A stretch of 63,563 nucleotides of DNA, the filler included, from Collodictyon triciliatum (taxonomy: Eukaryota): the NCBI GenBank assembly GCA_043381765.1. It is 11 parts of 11 records of this genome, joined end to end, with 100 filler letters (N's around TTAATTAATTAA, not from the genome) between each part and the next. Parts side by side here need not be neighbours in the genome. Positions count along the whole stretch, not along the records: positions 26,010 to 32,403 come from JBHJMP010004488.1; positions 32,504 to 38,901 come from JBHJMP010004489.1; positions 39,002 to 45,393 come from JBHJMP010004490.1; 8 more parts are not named here. One strand, written 5' to 3'. A model generated the notes under the pieces. That model was given only the letters and a program-made list of their open reading frames with translations. It did no database searches and was not told the origin of the DNA. This document shows, piece after piece, positions 28,062 to 42,500 of the stretch (its first letter is position 1; each line of letters starts with the position of its first letter). A program made the translations under genes and the position numbers.

Positions 28062-28836
28062 NNNNNNNNNNNNNNNNNNNNNNNNNNNNNNNNNNNNNNN
28101 NNNNNNNNNNNNNNNNNNNNNNNNNNNNNNNNNNNNNNNNNNNNNNNNNNNNNNNNNNNNNNNNNNNNNNNNNNNNNNNNNNNNNNNNNNNNNNNNNNTA
28201 TATTTGGGCTCCCACTTCACCACCAATATCGGGCATCCCAGCGTGCCCCGCCGTCTGCCGTTGCTGTCAATCCCGCCATGCTAGCCTCATCAGCCGCAGG
28301 ACTCATGGGACACAACTCCAGCGGATCCATCGCATCCATCAGCCACGGGATACACATCAACGCAGGCGGCGGCATCACCATTTCCACAAACGCAGCCAAT
28401 CTCGCATCGTTGAATCACAGCCTCGGCCTTCCACAACACATCCACCAACCTCATCCCCACCCTCACTCTCACTCTCATCCTCATCCTCAGACACATGTCA
28501 CCCACGGGTCGCATTTAGCCGACCCTCCGATTGTCGGCATGGCCCTTGGGCATCACGGCTCTCATTTCATCTCGCCTTCGGGAGTCTCGAGTGCAACATC
28601 AGCGGCCGTGGCACAGAATCCGACCACAGTCAGCGTGCCTAGTCGCGGCCAGGAAAGCCTGTCCCGTGGTGGGCAGACCAGTTCGTCAAGTTCTCGCGCG
28701 AAACAGAACCGGTCCTCTACTGCATCCAACGCGTCGACATCAGGGACGAGTGCTCCAAGTGGCCGAGGCCGTGGGCGCAGTAGCGCAGGTGCTGCAGCCT
28801 CCAATCGCGATGTAAATTCAAATGCCGGAGATAATC
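26293..28836 (+). CDS. CDK8: Cyclin-dependent kinase 8 (Mediator kinase), 5'-truncated, with His/Ser-rich tail
   Basis: [81 protein letters not shown] are CDK8-type signatures. A low-complexity exon 28199-28836 lies between internal N gaps. Confidence 0.92.
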
Positions 28837-29740
28837 NNNNNNNNNNNNNNNNNNNNNNNNNNNNNNNNNNNNNNNNNNNNNNNNNNNNNNNNNNNNNNNN
28901 NNNNNNNNNNNNNNNNNNNNNNNNNNNNNNNNNNNNNNNNNNNNNNNNNNNNNNNNNNNNNNNNNNNNNNNNNNNNNNNNNNNNNNNNNNNNNNNNNNNN
29001 NNNNNNNNNNNNNNNNNNNNNNNNNNNNNNNNNNNNNNNNNNNNNNNNNNNNNNNNNNNNNNNNNNNNNNNNNNNNNNNNNNNNNNNNNNNNNNNNNNNN
29101 NNNNNNNNNNNNNNNNNNNNNNNNNNNNNNNNNNNNNTTATATTTCAAGGCTATGTAATTAGAAATATATAATAATAAAAGCAGTGATAATAACAACATT
29201 AAAAAAAAATACAGATGAAAAGGAATGCGAGGCTAGAGGGTCAGGAAAATCACTCGTATGGCCCAAGCTTGCGGCGATAGTTGGGAACAAGCGATCGATT
29301 CCAATCGTTTTTGTCCAAAACCATCGTTTAACTACTGCACCAAGCAATATCCTTGCGCGTTTGCACTCTGCTTCCCGTTTACAACAAACGCTCTTTTCGT
29401 TGGTCGTGCAAGTTTGATTGGGTCGAGTTTGGGTTTGGGTTTGAGCTTGCGTCCAGTTTGCGTTGGCGTTTGTGTTTTGTTTGTTTCTGATTCTTTTTTG
29501 TTTTTGTTTTTTTTTGGTTGGTTGTTTCAAAATTAAAAAATTACAAATTATTCAATGAAACCAAAAACGAACCTTAGTAGTGAGCGTTACACAAACGCAT
29601 TTTTTCGTTTCTGTGTCCTTTCTTTGAATAATCTATTGGTCTCGGAAAAACTCACCCTATATCTGGAATACATATATTGTCATTTTTTCAATAGTTTGCC
29701 TCATAATTAGCTTAACGTAAGTAATGATATTAATATAAAT

Positions 29741-30313
29741 CTATACAATAAATTTGGACTTTCCGTTACGAGATGTAAAACGTGAGTTTAATGTGCCAAA
29801 ATTTTTAACGCTTGGGTGGTACAAAAAAATGTCCACTTACTATTTTAAGCTTCAGAATACCATACAAAACATTCAGAGAGTACACAAAGCATACACAAAG
29901 CACACAAAGCATACACAAAGCATCTTCTTCGCCCGAAAAAAATGAGAATGCGGGTTGTGAGAAAAGTCGATCTTCGCCCGAAAAAATGAGAATGCGGGTT
30001 GTGAGAAAAGTCGATCTTCGCCCGAAAGAATGAGAATGCGGGTTGTGAGAATAGTCGATCTCCGATCTTCGCCCGACAAAATATGAATGCGGGTTGGAAG
30101 AAAAGTCGCCTTTCGGTGGTTTATAAAAGTTGAGCCATGATGATAATTTACCTTTTACACATTACATTTCGTCAAAGAGCATTAGTTTAAGGTAACAAGA
30201 GCACCTTTTTTTTTTATTTGTTTTTGTTTTTTCAACATTCATTCCATCAAAACATAAGCAAGAGTATTTCGATCGTCTGAAGTAGAATGAGTGACGACGA
30301 TGCTGATTCCCAA
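29741..30313 (+). repeat. Direct repeat copy 1 (~570 bp) containing four ~44-bp subrepeats
   Basis: Aligns closely with 31921-32403; the internal unit CTTCGCCCGAAAAAATGAGAATGCGGGTTGTGAGAAAAGTCGAT occurs 4 times at ~29927-30110. Confidence 0.92.
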
Positions 30314-30595
30314 AATTAAATTAAATTAAAATAAAAATATGAGGAACAGAGAGGCCGTTAAATGAGGAGTACGATAAACGGAGAAAGAAGCGAGGGAGAG
30401 AAAAAGGGCTCTTGCAAAACTCAAGGGGCAAAATGAGTTGCGCGAAGATAGGGAAACCAAAAATCAAAAATCAAAAAGAGAAAATAACGAAATAGAAAAG
30501 TGGAAGGTGAAAAAATCAAAAAAAAAAGTAAATGGAGTTTAAGATGTACTGAAGTTTTTTTTTATAAATGTATTCATGTAACAGCTCCTGATGAG

Positions 30596-31515
30596 ACATG
30601 CTACGGGATTATGATACTGGATTATGCACAGGATTATACTGCGGGATTATGATACTGGATTATTCCACGGGATTATGCTGCGGGGTTATGCACAGGATTA
30701 TACTGCGGGGTTATGCCACGGGGTTATGACACGGGATTATACTGCGAGATTATGCCACGGGATTATGCCACGGGATTAAGACACGGGATTATGATACGGG
30801 ATTAAGACACGGGATTATGATACGGGATTATGACACGGGATTAAGACACGGGATTATGACACGGGATTATGATACTGGATTATGCCACGGGATTATGACA
30901 CGGGATTATGACACGGGGTTATGCCACTGGATTTGCCACGGGATTATGACACGGGGTTATGCCACTGGATTTGCCACGGGATTATGATGCGGGGTTATGC
31001 TACGGGATTATGACACGGGATTATGCCACGGGATTATGACACGGGATTATGACACGGGATTATGACACGGGGTTATGCCACGGGATTATGATACGGGGTT
31101 ATGCCACGGGATTATGACACGGGATTATGACACGGGGTTATGTCACGGGATTTGTCACGGGATTATGATACTGGATATGCCACGGGATTATGGTACGGGA
31201 TAATGATACAAGATTATGATACGGGATTATGACACGGGATTATGACACGGGATTATGCCACGGAATTATGATACGGGATTATGATACTGGATTATGCCAC
31301 GGGATTATGATGCGCGATTATGACACGGGATTATGATACGGGATTATGTCACGGGAATATGTCACGGGATTATGCCACGGGTTATGCTACGGTAATATGT
31401 CACGGGATTATGCACGGGATTATGACACGGGATTATGCCACGGGATTTGTCACGGGATTATGATGCGCGATTATGATGCGCGATTATGATACGGGATTAT
31501 GCACAGGATTATGCA
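30596..31515 (+). repeat. Degenerate 13-bp minisatellite (GACACGGGATTAT)n, roughly 70 units
   Basis: Tandem variants GACAC/GATAC/GCCAC + GGGATTAT throughout. Confidence 0.95.
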
Positions 31516-31873
31516 AGAGTTTACTATATCACTGGGTAGGATGGTTTGTGTTTGTATCATATATGACTTTTCTTTTTTTTCTTTTTTTTCTTTTTTTCTT
31601 TTTTCTTTTTTCTTTTTTCTTTTCTTTTTTTTCTTTTTTCTTTTTATTCTTTTTTTCTTTTTTCTTTTTTCTTTTTCCTTTTTTCTTTTTTTCTTTTTTT
31701 TCTTTTTTTTCTTTTTTTTCTCTTTTTTCTTTTTTTTCTCTTTTTTCTTTTTTCCTTTTTTTCCTTTTTTTTCCTTTTTTTTCCTTTTTTTTCTTTTTTT
31801 CTTTTTTTCTTTTTTTTTCTTTTTTTTCTTTTTTTTCTTTCCCCGGTGCGAAGCACGGGCACCACAGCTAGTC

Positions 31874-32403
31874 TCTATACAATAAATTTGGACTTCTCTA
31901 TACAATAAATTTGGACTTCTCTATACAATAAATTTGGACTTTCCGTTACGAGGTGTAAAACGTGAGTTTAATGTGCCAAAATTTTTTACGCTTGGGTGGT
32001 ACAAAAAAATGTCCACTTTCTTTTTTAAGATTCAAAATACCGTACAAAACATTCAGAGAGCATACAAAGCATATAGAAAGCATACAAATCATACATAGCA
32101 TACAGAGCATCTTGCCCGAAAAAATGAGAATGCGGGTTGTGAAAAAAGTCGATCTTCGATCTTCGCCCGAAAAAAAGAGAATGCGGGTTGTGAGAAAAGT
32201 CGTCTTTCGGTGGTTTATAGGTTGAGCCATAATGATAATTTACCTTTTACACATTTCATTTCGTCAAAGAGGATTAGTTAAAGGTAACAAGAGCACCTTT
32301 TTTTTTATTTGCTTTTGTTTCTTCAACATTCATTTGATCAAAACATAAGAAAGAGTATTTTGATCGTCTGAAGTATAATGAGTGACGACGATGCTGATTC
32401 CCA
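31874..32403 (+). repeat. Direct repeat copy 2, with its first 23 bp triplicated; truncated at the contig end
   Basis: CTCTATACAATAAATTTGGACTT x3, then sequence near-identical to 29741-30313 with only two 44-bp subrepeats. Confidence 0.92.
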
Positions 32404-32715
32404 NNNNNNNNNNNNNNNNNNNNNNNNNNNNNNNNNNNNNNNNNNNNTTAATTAATTAANNNNNNNNNNNNNNNNNNNNNNNNNNNNNNNNNNNNNNNNN
32501 NNNATAATACCAAAATAATACCAAAATAATACCAAAATAATACCAAAATAATACCAAAATAATACCAAAATAATACCAAAATAATACCAAAATAATACCA
32601 AAAAAATACCAAAAAAATACCAAAAAAATACCAAAAAATACCAAAAAATACCAAAAAATACCAAAAAATACCATAATAATACAAAAATACAAAAAAGAGG
32701 AAACATAAATGCAGT

Positions 32716-33102
32716 TCAGCGGTATATGCTATTGATTACTTCAGAAACGGCCTGTTGAAGCTCGTTTACTCGGTTCTCGTAGATGCTAACGGTACTGGCG
32801 TTCTGATACATAAGCATAGAGGTTACGTGGTGACAATCGTGGAATCGAAACGGTGCATTATTATTGCTACTGAGAGGCTAAAAAAAAGAGTGTACGAATT
32901 CTTTGAGCCCTGTAATCTGCTGGTCTTTCTCGACGGCTTTCAGCTCCATCTGGATATTGAATAGATTGATTTATTAGTTGTCAGATCGCTCGATACATAA
33001 AGAGAGTTTATTGATGAAAATATATTTAAGGTAGAAAAAATATAAGCAAAACCGTCTGTAAGATCGCAGGAAGAAGCTTGGACAATAATGATAATGATAA
33101 TA

Positions 33103-33133
<31 letters not shown>

Positions 33134-36100
33134 TAATAATAGATGAAATTGTGCAAGCAAGTCGTTTGTTTTTAATAGGAGATATTGACCCTCATAACAA
33201 CATCTTGCAGACCCGAGACCTTTGATTCGTAATCACCCAAAGATTTCTGTAACTTTTATAGAAAATATTCCAGTCATGATCACACGTAATCAAATCCACA
33301 AAATATAATAAAAAGTTAAGAAATCTGGAATTTAAACTCAAAGTTTTTCGTGTTGAAATTCGGTGTTTTTTTTTTTTCATTTTCCCTATGCAATTATGCC
33401 TCTTTCCATAACTATTTCATGATTAAGTTCTGATACAAAATTAAATTTTGGATGACACCTATCTTGAACATACTAACCTCTTTACAATCATTTACCAGTT
33501 TCCCCAACTCTTGCTTATAGGTTTCAATTTCATCTGATCTCTATTTTCAATCGTTCATATGATATATAATATATTACATCTAATGAATAAAACGAAGATT
33601 ACATAGAATATTCTTTTGGAATAATAATGTTACTGATTTAGCTAGCGCTTCAAGCTCATCAATTCTCTTTTCTTGTTGTTCGACTTGCAAGTTGTTCTAA
33701 GCGTGAAATTTTGTCGATTTGTTGAATTTAAAATATTGATAAAGAAAAATACGAATCGTTAATTGTTGATTGGAGATTATTCACAGCCTCCTATATATGA
33801 TGACAAAGGATTTTGTAACCTCTCGGGCAGACTTTTCCTTATTGAATATGTGTAGCTTATTTTCTTCGAATAGGTCAGAGTGCTAATATCGTTAAAATGA
33901 TAGAGAAAAATAATGAGTGTAAAAAAGTTCACTTCGAGACCTTTAATCACAGGAAAGTTCGCTTCATATGACTATTGGAGGATGCCAGAACGGCATACGT
34001 AATACAGAGATACAAGGACTCATTTCATTAAAGTTGTTCCTCAAAGTTTAACTATTATGACATCAGAGATTCTATATAATGTAGTTTTCATGATCATTAA
34101 TCTTTCATGATCAATAAAGCACACCGCTTTCTTCAAGCTCTCGTTTTCCGATACCAGGCATTCTATTCTATCAGTCTGAAAATAATAACAATAAATATCA
34201 GATTATGACGGATGTAATTAATCAAGTATTGAACAGAGTAAATAATCAGTATGTTTAATTCAAACATACCATCTGGTGAATGCGCGATGATTGAGTAAAA
34301 ATTTCAGATAGCATCTGAATAAAAGTCGAGGATGTCAAACTTGGAACTTTTTGCCACTGATATATGGAATCATATACAAACATGCTTGAGATCTACGGGG
34401 TATTGAGATAAGTCCAGTTTCTGGTCGCTGGCACGTTCCTATTACATTTTAAATTGATAAATATTTTATTTTCAGTGATAGAAAGATGACAGCAAGTTGT
34501 AAATGATTTTACCGGATTACGCATGATACTGGACCCTTCCTTTATTCCTTCTTCGTGTCTCCTAATTTGATCGTCTCTCTAATTAAATATTTTTTTAGTT
34601 AAAAAAAGTTCCACTTTGTTAGACTTGTATATTTTGATGTGACATTACTAGATTTATGGCAATTATATTTTCCGTATGTCTTTTATGGTATGCACCTCTG
34701 CGATTGTGGCTTCAAGAGATTTATTTCTATTACGCGTATCATCAATCCATCGAAGAATCTAAAATTTTGGATTGGTTGAAATTCTCAAAATTCACGTATT
34801 AAATATTGAAGATAAGGAATTCATATGCACCGAAACAAAATAATGTATCTCATGGTTAGTTGCGTACGTCATCGAGATCGAGTAAAGATAAGGAATTTCC
34901 TAAGGTGGTACTGAGCTCATCGTAACACTGCCATATATTCGGCGTTTTCTTTAAATAAATATTAATTATTGTTAATTTTTTATTTAAAAAAAGCGTGCGA
35001 AGGAGGTATGAAACGACACTAGTCCGATAATTTCAAGAATCATGCGAATATTAATTTTTTTCATCGAAAAGATTGTAATTCGACAATTTCGTTTAAAAGA
35101 AAACAAAACCTTCTGCGTTTGCCTAGTTACTCTCGAGGACGTATTTTGCTGTTGTCTAGGTGACATCGATCTTGTTTTGTTGCTGATGGAAGGCTAGGCA
35201 TTTTGATCCTTAGATATGTTTTTACCCATCCACTTATTGTTGTTTATTATTATCGTTATTATAACCATCAATTATTATTCCGAATTTCATTCCAAGTTTT
35301 TGAAGCAAGTAAGCTATATTTATGGCAATATCAAACGAGAAAGAGTCTATTGGTACGTGTCATACAGTTATGTTTCCTCGAGACGAATTTTCTAATGTAT
35401 TTGTGTGAATTAGATGGGGAAATAGCTCTATTATAAAATAATGAAAATTAGGAAATGAAATTGTTGGTAGCATACCAGATGATATTTTTGGTCTTTCATT
35501 TGGTTTCATAGATCTAGGGGTCATGCATATTAAACAAATTAAGTACTCAATTTAGTATGCTTGGTAACAGACAAACAATAGCGATTCAATACTAAATCAT
35601 AATTTGAATACGACGATATATAAATAAACTCACAAAGCTTCTGATAGCAGGAGAGAAAGCTGAGATTTTGTGATTGCATTTTTTAAAAAACTTCCCTAGA
35701 ATAAAGAAAAATGTATATAATTGCCTTTTCAAAAATTTTGATTCAAAACATGATTAAAAATGATATTAATCATAATAAACCATACTGAATTAAGTAAATA
35801 AGTAAAATAGTTTGAATTTATCAAACCTTAACATCTGGCTGATCGTCCCATCCATATGACACGAGGGAGTATATATAGCAATTTTTCGAACCATCATAAA
35901 TGCGATTGTGAGATGAGGCGATGGCTGTATATTGGTAAAGAAATTGTAAAATGCAGAATATATTTCAGTGTCACAGAGAAACTAGCACAGAATATACTTT
36001 GAATGGAAAATATCTCCGAAAAAGGAATATATGAAAATAAGGGGCCTGTATATAGGCCATAGATATCTGATTCAGTACATTTGCCTTGGATTGGGGCAAG

Positions 36101-38590
36101 TAGCTGGTATTTTGTCTGCTTCACTTCCTACAAATATCATTCAATACGAGGCAAATTGTTTCATTTTTTGGAAAAATACAGATGATGCATAATCAAATAT
36201 CATAGTTGATTTATACTGCAAGTATTTTCTTCGCTTTGCTTGAGAAGACAAAGTTTTTCATGGAGTATGATACGGTTTCTAAAAAAAGGAGGTAGTCACA
36301 TCATGAATCAAAACCAAAGCCAAAACTTTAGCAAAATCGAAAATTAAAAAAAAAAAGAGAGACTAAATTGTTTAAAAGATGGTATTACGGCTAGTAGATA
36401 TATCTCATTAAAATTTATTATTTAATTTAAACGCACCATTTAATTAATTTTTATTTACAAAAGAAAAGTAAAAGAGACAAATACCTCCCATGAAAAAAAG
36501 TTCTTGGCTCATCTCTCCTATGTTGTAAGAGGAGCTCGGTTAGTTGAAGAAGAGATCTGATTCCAAGGGTGATCCATTCATAAGAAAATATATTCAAAAA
36601 AAAAAAAAAAAGAAGAAGGAACTATGATTCCTATTTATAGCACATATATGATGACAAAATTTATACCGTCACAAGCAGTAGCACTCTCGATCTCGCTTAA
36701 AAATTTTCGGTGCTTCTCAACCTTAAATAATATTTACAGTAGCATTTTACTTCCAAATAAGGAGAAATGCAGGCATAGTTATATTTATCGAAATGAAAAT
36801 GTGATCCCCCAGCTACCTCGTCTTTGAATTGGGGACTTCCTTGTAATAAAGTGACCTTTACATTTTACATTAGTAAAAAAAAAAAAAAAAAAAAAAAGAC
36901 AGGAAATAGTTAAGTAAAAAAGCAAAAATAAAAATTAACCCCTTCATTTATATTTATTTACAAGTACACGCTATCCCCATTATTAGTATTTCATATTTTT
37001 GGTACAAAAAATTAGTAATATGTACTTACAGATTCAACCATTCTTTGGTGAAGTTCTACTGCAGCCAAATTTGTTTCTGATTTTTGGAAAAGAAAAAAAC
37101 GTTGGAAAAATTGAACGTTTTCTTCACCAAAAGTGAAGGAACAAATCATTTAAGTGATATCATCTGAAATAAACTTAGCAATAATGTGAAATAAGAAAAG
37201 GAGAGCAATTAAATAATTATAAGAACAGTCAAGACCTAGTTGATGGTACTGATTGGATTTCAAAAATTCAGCTCCGCAGATGTCTGAAAAAAATACCTTT
37301 TTCTCGATCAGAGAAGGGTCTGCCTGTATTGAGGTAGAAAGTTTTTAACAGAAATAATTTTAATATATGGCATGTAGTACGTCGCAAGTGGAGTCCCTTC
37401 TTTGACATCAATGAGACTGACACATTATATTCATTCAAATCTAAGGACATAAAATTACAAACCGCAATACTTGAAAATGTGTCATTCATTCTCAGCACGA
37501 TGTCTTGGAAAATAAGAGAGTAAAAATGACCCAGCAAGAAATGATAGGCAATTTCAATCTAATGATAACAAAATTAAAAATTAAATGAAAAAAAAAAAAC
37601 AGCTATCTAGGTGTACCTCTTTTTTGGAAAAAGATAAAAAAAAAGTGTGTTTATGTAAATCTCTAACCTGCTCTTCATAAGGAATACTGAGTGAAAACCC
37701 TATCAGGTTTTTTCTATCCTGGTCGAGACTTGCAAATATGTCAGCGGAGTAACCCAGGCGGGATAATAACTTGATTTGATAACAAAGAACTGTAAGTAAA
37801 AGTAATTTGGGGTATTCACACTGGAAAGTTATTTATGTTCAAACGGTCATATAACCCCCGATATTGCTTCTCATGATAAATAGTTGTTTTAAATATTTCA
37901 TGTAAGAAGAACTAACTGAATCATAACGTTCTTCGAAGGTCCCAGTCACTACCTCCAAATATTCGTAGACGAGTTGGAGAGCCTATCGCATTTCATTCCA
38001 AAATGTTGAAAAAATTACGCATGTTTAGTTTTTCAGATAAAGGTATCTAAAACTAAAGTAAAATCTAATATGGTATCTGCCAAATTGAAGAACTCTTAAT
38101 TAAGAGAATATTCGGTATCTTGTCCGTCGCGTTGTGCCTTCTAGTGAGAAGAGTATACCTTCATAGTTTCATCTACACTTTTCTCTGGCAGACCAAAAGA
38201 GACAAGGATTTCTTTGAGAGGCCTTTTCATTTCAGTTAGATTAGCTTGTAAGACATGTGCGTAATAGTCTTTTAATTATATAAACTTCATTTGAATAGGA
38301 ATCATTTTAAACTGTTTCATCGATATGATATAAGGAATTACATTTCATCATGACGTGAATTCAACTCAGCGTGAATCTGAAGATTTCATAACAGCAAAAT
38401 CAACAACAATGATAAAAGAATGAAAATAAGAATAATAATTAAGAGCAAAAAGGAAATAAAATTAAGGTAGAGCTAAAGTATTCTGATGCGGTATATTCAT
38501 TTCAGGCCAATAAACTTACCTTTTCGAGAACAAGCAATCCTTTTTTAGATGATTTGTCCCACAAATGAAAAAAGTCGGTTAAATAAGCCT
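32716..38590 (-). CDS. Hypothetical many-exon protein with a C-terminal coiled coil
   Basis: Many short GC-richer open segments flanked by AG/GT on the minus strand (e.g. DIVLRMNDTFSSIAVCNFM..GRPFSDREK; last exon ..ELKAVEKDQQITGLKEF..ENRVNELQQAVSEVINSIYR*). No family recognised; exon model not fully resolved. Confidence 0.45.
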
Positions 38591-38743
38591 GTAAATGGAT
38601 TTATGCAATGTTTGGAGTAATTTGTTTAGGATCAATTAAGAAAGGTTAATAAATTTTATGGTATCAGTCATCCATTTTTACATCGGTGAGGATAGGTATG
38701 TCCCAGCAAACGTTTTTGACTTCGGTTGTTAAATTATATATGT

Positions 38744-38845
<102 letters not shown>

Positions 38846-39587
38846 CAATCAGGTGACAGTTGAATCTTAGAAATTGGCAAATATAACATTTACTTCGATT
38901 TNNNNNNNNNNNNNNNNNNNNNNNNNNNNNNNNNNNNNNNNNNNNTTAATTAATTAANNNNNNNNNNNNNNNNNNNNNNNNNNNNNNNNNNNNNNNNNNN
39001 NCATCTTTTTTAATTTTGCTCCCTTATAACATATATAAAGGCCTTTAAGGTCTTTTTTTTATTCAGTTTTTTTTTTTTGGTTTTTTTGGTTTTTTTTTTT
39101 TTTTTTGTTCTTTTTCTGTGGTTTTTTTTAAATGTTTTTTTTTTTTTTTTCCCTATCGACACAGAGGCTCTTCTGCAACTGTGTGAGCACTCCGCCTTGG
39201 TGCATATCCGTCCTTATGCTCAACAAGAACCACCGATTAAATAGACAAACACACACATATATATACTCAGTCACACTTTGCAAACGCAAGGAATCCCCCA
39301 AAGGACTCCACAAAGGCGACTTTATAGTTTCCAGAAGGCCGCACGTTCCACAGTCCAACATGGAATCAGGCGGCTGTTGAGTTGGCGATACAGACGAGAG
39401 TAGTGCGGTGAGATGGCTTTGACCGGCTCTGTGGTCGAATAATGAACTTCGCCGGGTTTGTCTTGCAGAGTGATTATGTATAATTATGTATCGGAATCTT
39501 GGTGAGATGAGAAAGATATCAGAGAACCACAATCGAAAAAGCAAAAAGAAGAAAAGAAAATAAAGAAAAAAAAAGCAAGAAAGCATC

Positions 39588-42500
39588 TCAGAATATTTGG
39601 ATGCGTTGATTCCCGTATTCTGTGATGTACAGCTTTCCAATCTGATCAGCAACGATTGCGCGGGGGCCATGGAACTTGCCTTCAGCCCCGCCCAGCGAGC
39701 CAAACTGGTGAAGGAAGTTCCCGTTGGATGAGAATATCTGAACGCGATTGTTGTGGAAGTCTGTCACATATATGTGCCCGTCCGAGTCCACAGACACTCC
39801 GCTTGGAGCGTTGAACTGCCCGGCGCTGTTTCCCTTCACACCAAACTTTAATATGAAGATGCCCTGTTCGCCAGAAATAATGCACAGGTGTTTACAAGGA
39901 TTCGATGTAGAGTATGTGGAGACATTGCGATACTCATGGCAGATTTGGATGGATAAATAGTCGAGGGGTTTTTTTTCAAAGGTAAGAATAAATACATATT
40001 GTTATTTTGAGAAGTATTTTGAAACGTATTATTCTTTACTTTTACTATTATTAAAAGTAAAATTCATTATATGGATATATGAATTACTAATGATAATACG
40101 TGTTTAATTGGATAGAGCAAAATAATAAGAATATAATTAATAAAAATGGATTCAATATAATGAACATATATTAAAAGAAATTCTCGTTTGTTACCCAATA
40201 TATGAATAAATAAAATAATAAATAAATAAATAAAATCAATTTTAAGTACCTTGTTAGAGAACATCTGGATTCTGTGATTATTCCGATCTGCCACTAAAAT
40301 GTGGTTTCCATAGTCAACCGCCACACCACGAGGAAACTGGAATTGTCCATCCTGACTTCCTTGTCCCCCAAACTTTGTCACAAACACGCCTTCGCTCGAG
40401 AAAATCTGATGTAAACAGAAAGAGAAAAAGATAAACCGTATTATCTCATGTTTGAGCGTAAATCATTCGGTCTTTAGATGAACCCCTTACAAATTCTTCA
40501 AAAAAAAAATTAAAAAAAAAACATAGTATATCTCATATACATCGTGGAATGGTAATTTTTTCCTTTAATTCAGATGATTTCTGAAGGTAATTTAATGTCA
40601 TGTAACAAGTTAAATTACGAAGAAGAAGAACCTGCACACGATGATTCCCCCATTCTGTTACAATTATGTTATTATTGGAATCAAATGTGAGAGAGTCTGG
40701 ATTGTTCAATTGACCAGAACTTGAACCAAACGACCCAAACGAATGGATAAAGGTCCCGTCCGTTCGAAACATCTGAATTCTGTGATTTTCTGTGTCGGCC
40801 ACCGCAAGCATACCGGACTTTGATATTGCTAGACCCGAAGGGGTGTGGAACTCTCCTGGGCCATTTCCATAAGACCCAAACGAGCGCGTAAAAGTGCCAT
40901 CTGCTTGAAAAACCTTGTAATGTCGCAGTTTCACGTTATTAAATGCATTCCTTTTCTCGATCATTTGTGGATGGTAATTGTAATCTTTTATTTATTTGTT
41001 TATTTGTTTATTTGTTTATTTGTTTATTTGTTTATTTGTTTATTTGTTTATTTGTTTATTTGTTTATTTGCTTATTTGTTTGCTTGTTTGCTTGTTTGCT
41101 TGTTTGTTTGTTTGTTTATTTGTTTATTTGTTTGTTTATTCATTTGTTTGTTTGTTTGATTGTTTATTCATTTGTTAGATTGTTTGTTTGTTTGTTTGTT
41201 TGTTTGTTTGTTTGTTTGTTTGTTTGTTTGTTTGTTTGTTTGTTTGTTTGTTTGTTTGTTTGTTTGTTTGTTTGTTTGTTTGTTTATCTATAATAGTGGG
41301 TACTTGAATCCGGTGAGCTTCGCAGTCAGAAATGTAGAGACATTTTGTTTTCGGGTCGATTGCAATACCGAATGGATGCAGGAATGTGCCTGGTCGGATT
41401 CCACGAGATCCAAACTTTCCCAGAGGAACGCCTATGTTTGTGATTGACCTTTGTACAACATTGGCCTACCATTAGAGCGAGAGGAAGAAGAAGACAAAGT
41501 GCGTTAATTTACGGGATGAATACGCAATATTAATTGTTGATAATAAAATAAAAAAGTTTAATGTGATTGCTACGGTGAAAGAAGTGTAATCGAATATGTA
41601 TGCGGCAGTAATTTTTCCGCCACGCCGCTAAAATGCATTTTTCGTTGGTGTTACCTTGAAAGGTGACCCGCTGACCATCTCCCCGTTGATTAATATCGAG
41701 ATTGTATGTAGTCCTTCCACCTTGGGCATGTAAGAGATTATGTAAGACCCGTCCTGTCGGTCATGGACTGAAGCTACGATATGCGAGCCTTCCGGACAGG
41801 ACATTTGAACTTGGACAGAATGCCCACCATGAAGAACATCTGTCCCATCCTGGGTTATTTAGAGAATTTTTATAATAGAAGTGAAATAAAAGTAAAAGGA
41901 TGCATAAAGGGGCATGAAGAGAGACTGTTGCGTAAGTTTTATAAGTTAAAGAGCAGACAAGAAATGTAGGGATAGAAGGAGTTGTATCATACTTCATCTT
42001 TGGCCTTCAGATGGACATATGCCTCTTGATTGATAAATGATGTGTGCAACCCATGTCCTCTTGCAATGGAGCTAGATGGGCAAACGACCGGGACATCCAC
42101 GCGAATTGCACCCACTTTATCCAAAAGATCGCTAAACTGCCCTTCCACGTCGTGGTCTGTGAAAAATTCAATGTGTGGTCCTTCTGCAGGGTCGTGTGCT
42201 AAAGTTGAACTGTAGGGATGAAATAAGAGGAAAGGGACCAAGTTGTGCAAATATAGCGGTATGGTTTAATTATAATCATTATTTTGAGAACGCTTGCAAA
42301 GTAGTAATATTTTAAGTGACACAGCATGGTGGTGGTGATGGAAGGTATAATAATAACCATAGAAATCAAATGGAAATCGTATGGAAATAATTATATAATG
42401 ATGCTAAAATTTTGATATAAAAGTAATAAAAAAAATACCCGCATAAGCTTGCGATTCTGGCACAAACAGATGGGTAAATGCTCAGCATTTCTGTGTCGTT

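Noticed and set aside
29927-30110. CRISPR-like array of 44-bp repeats
   Set aside because: The units are directly adjacent with no unique spacers, there are no cas genes, and the context is eukaryotic.
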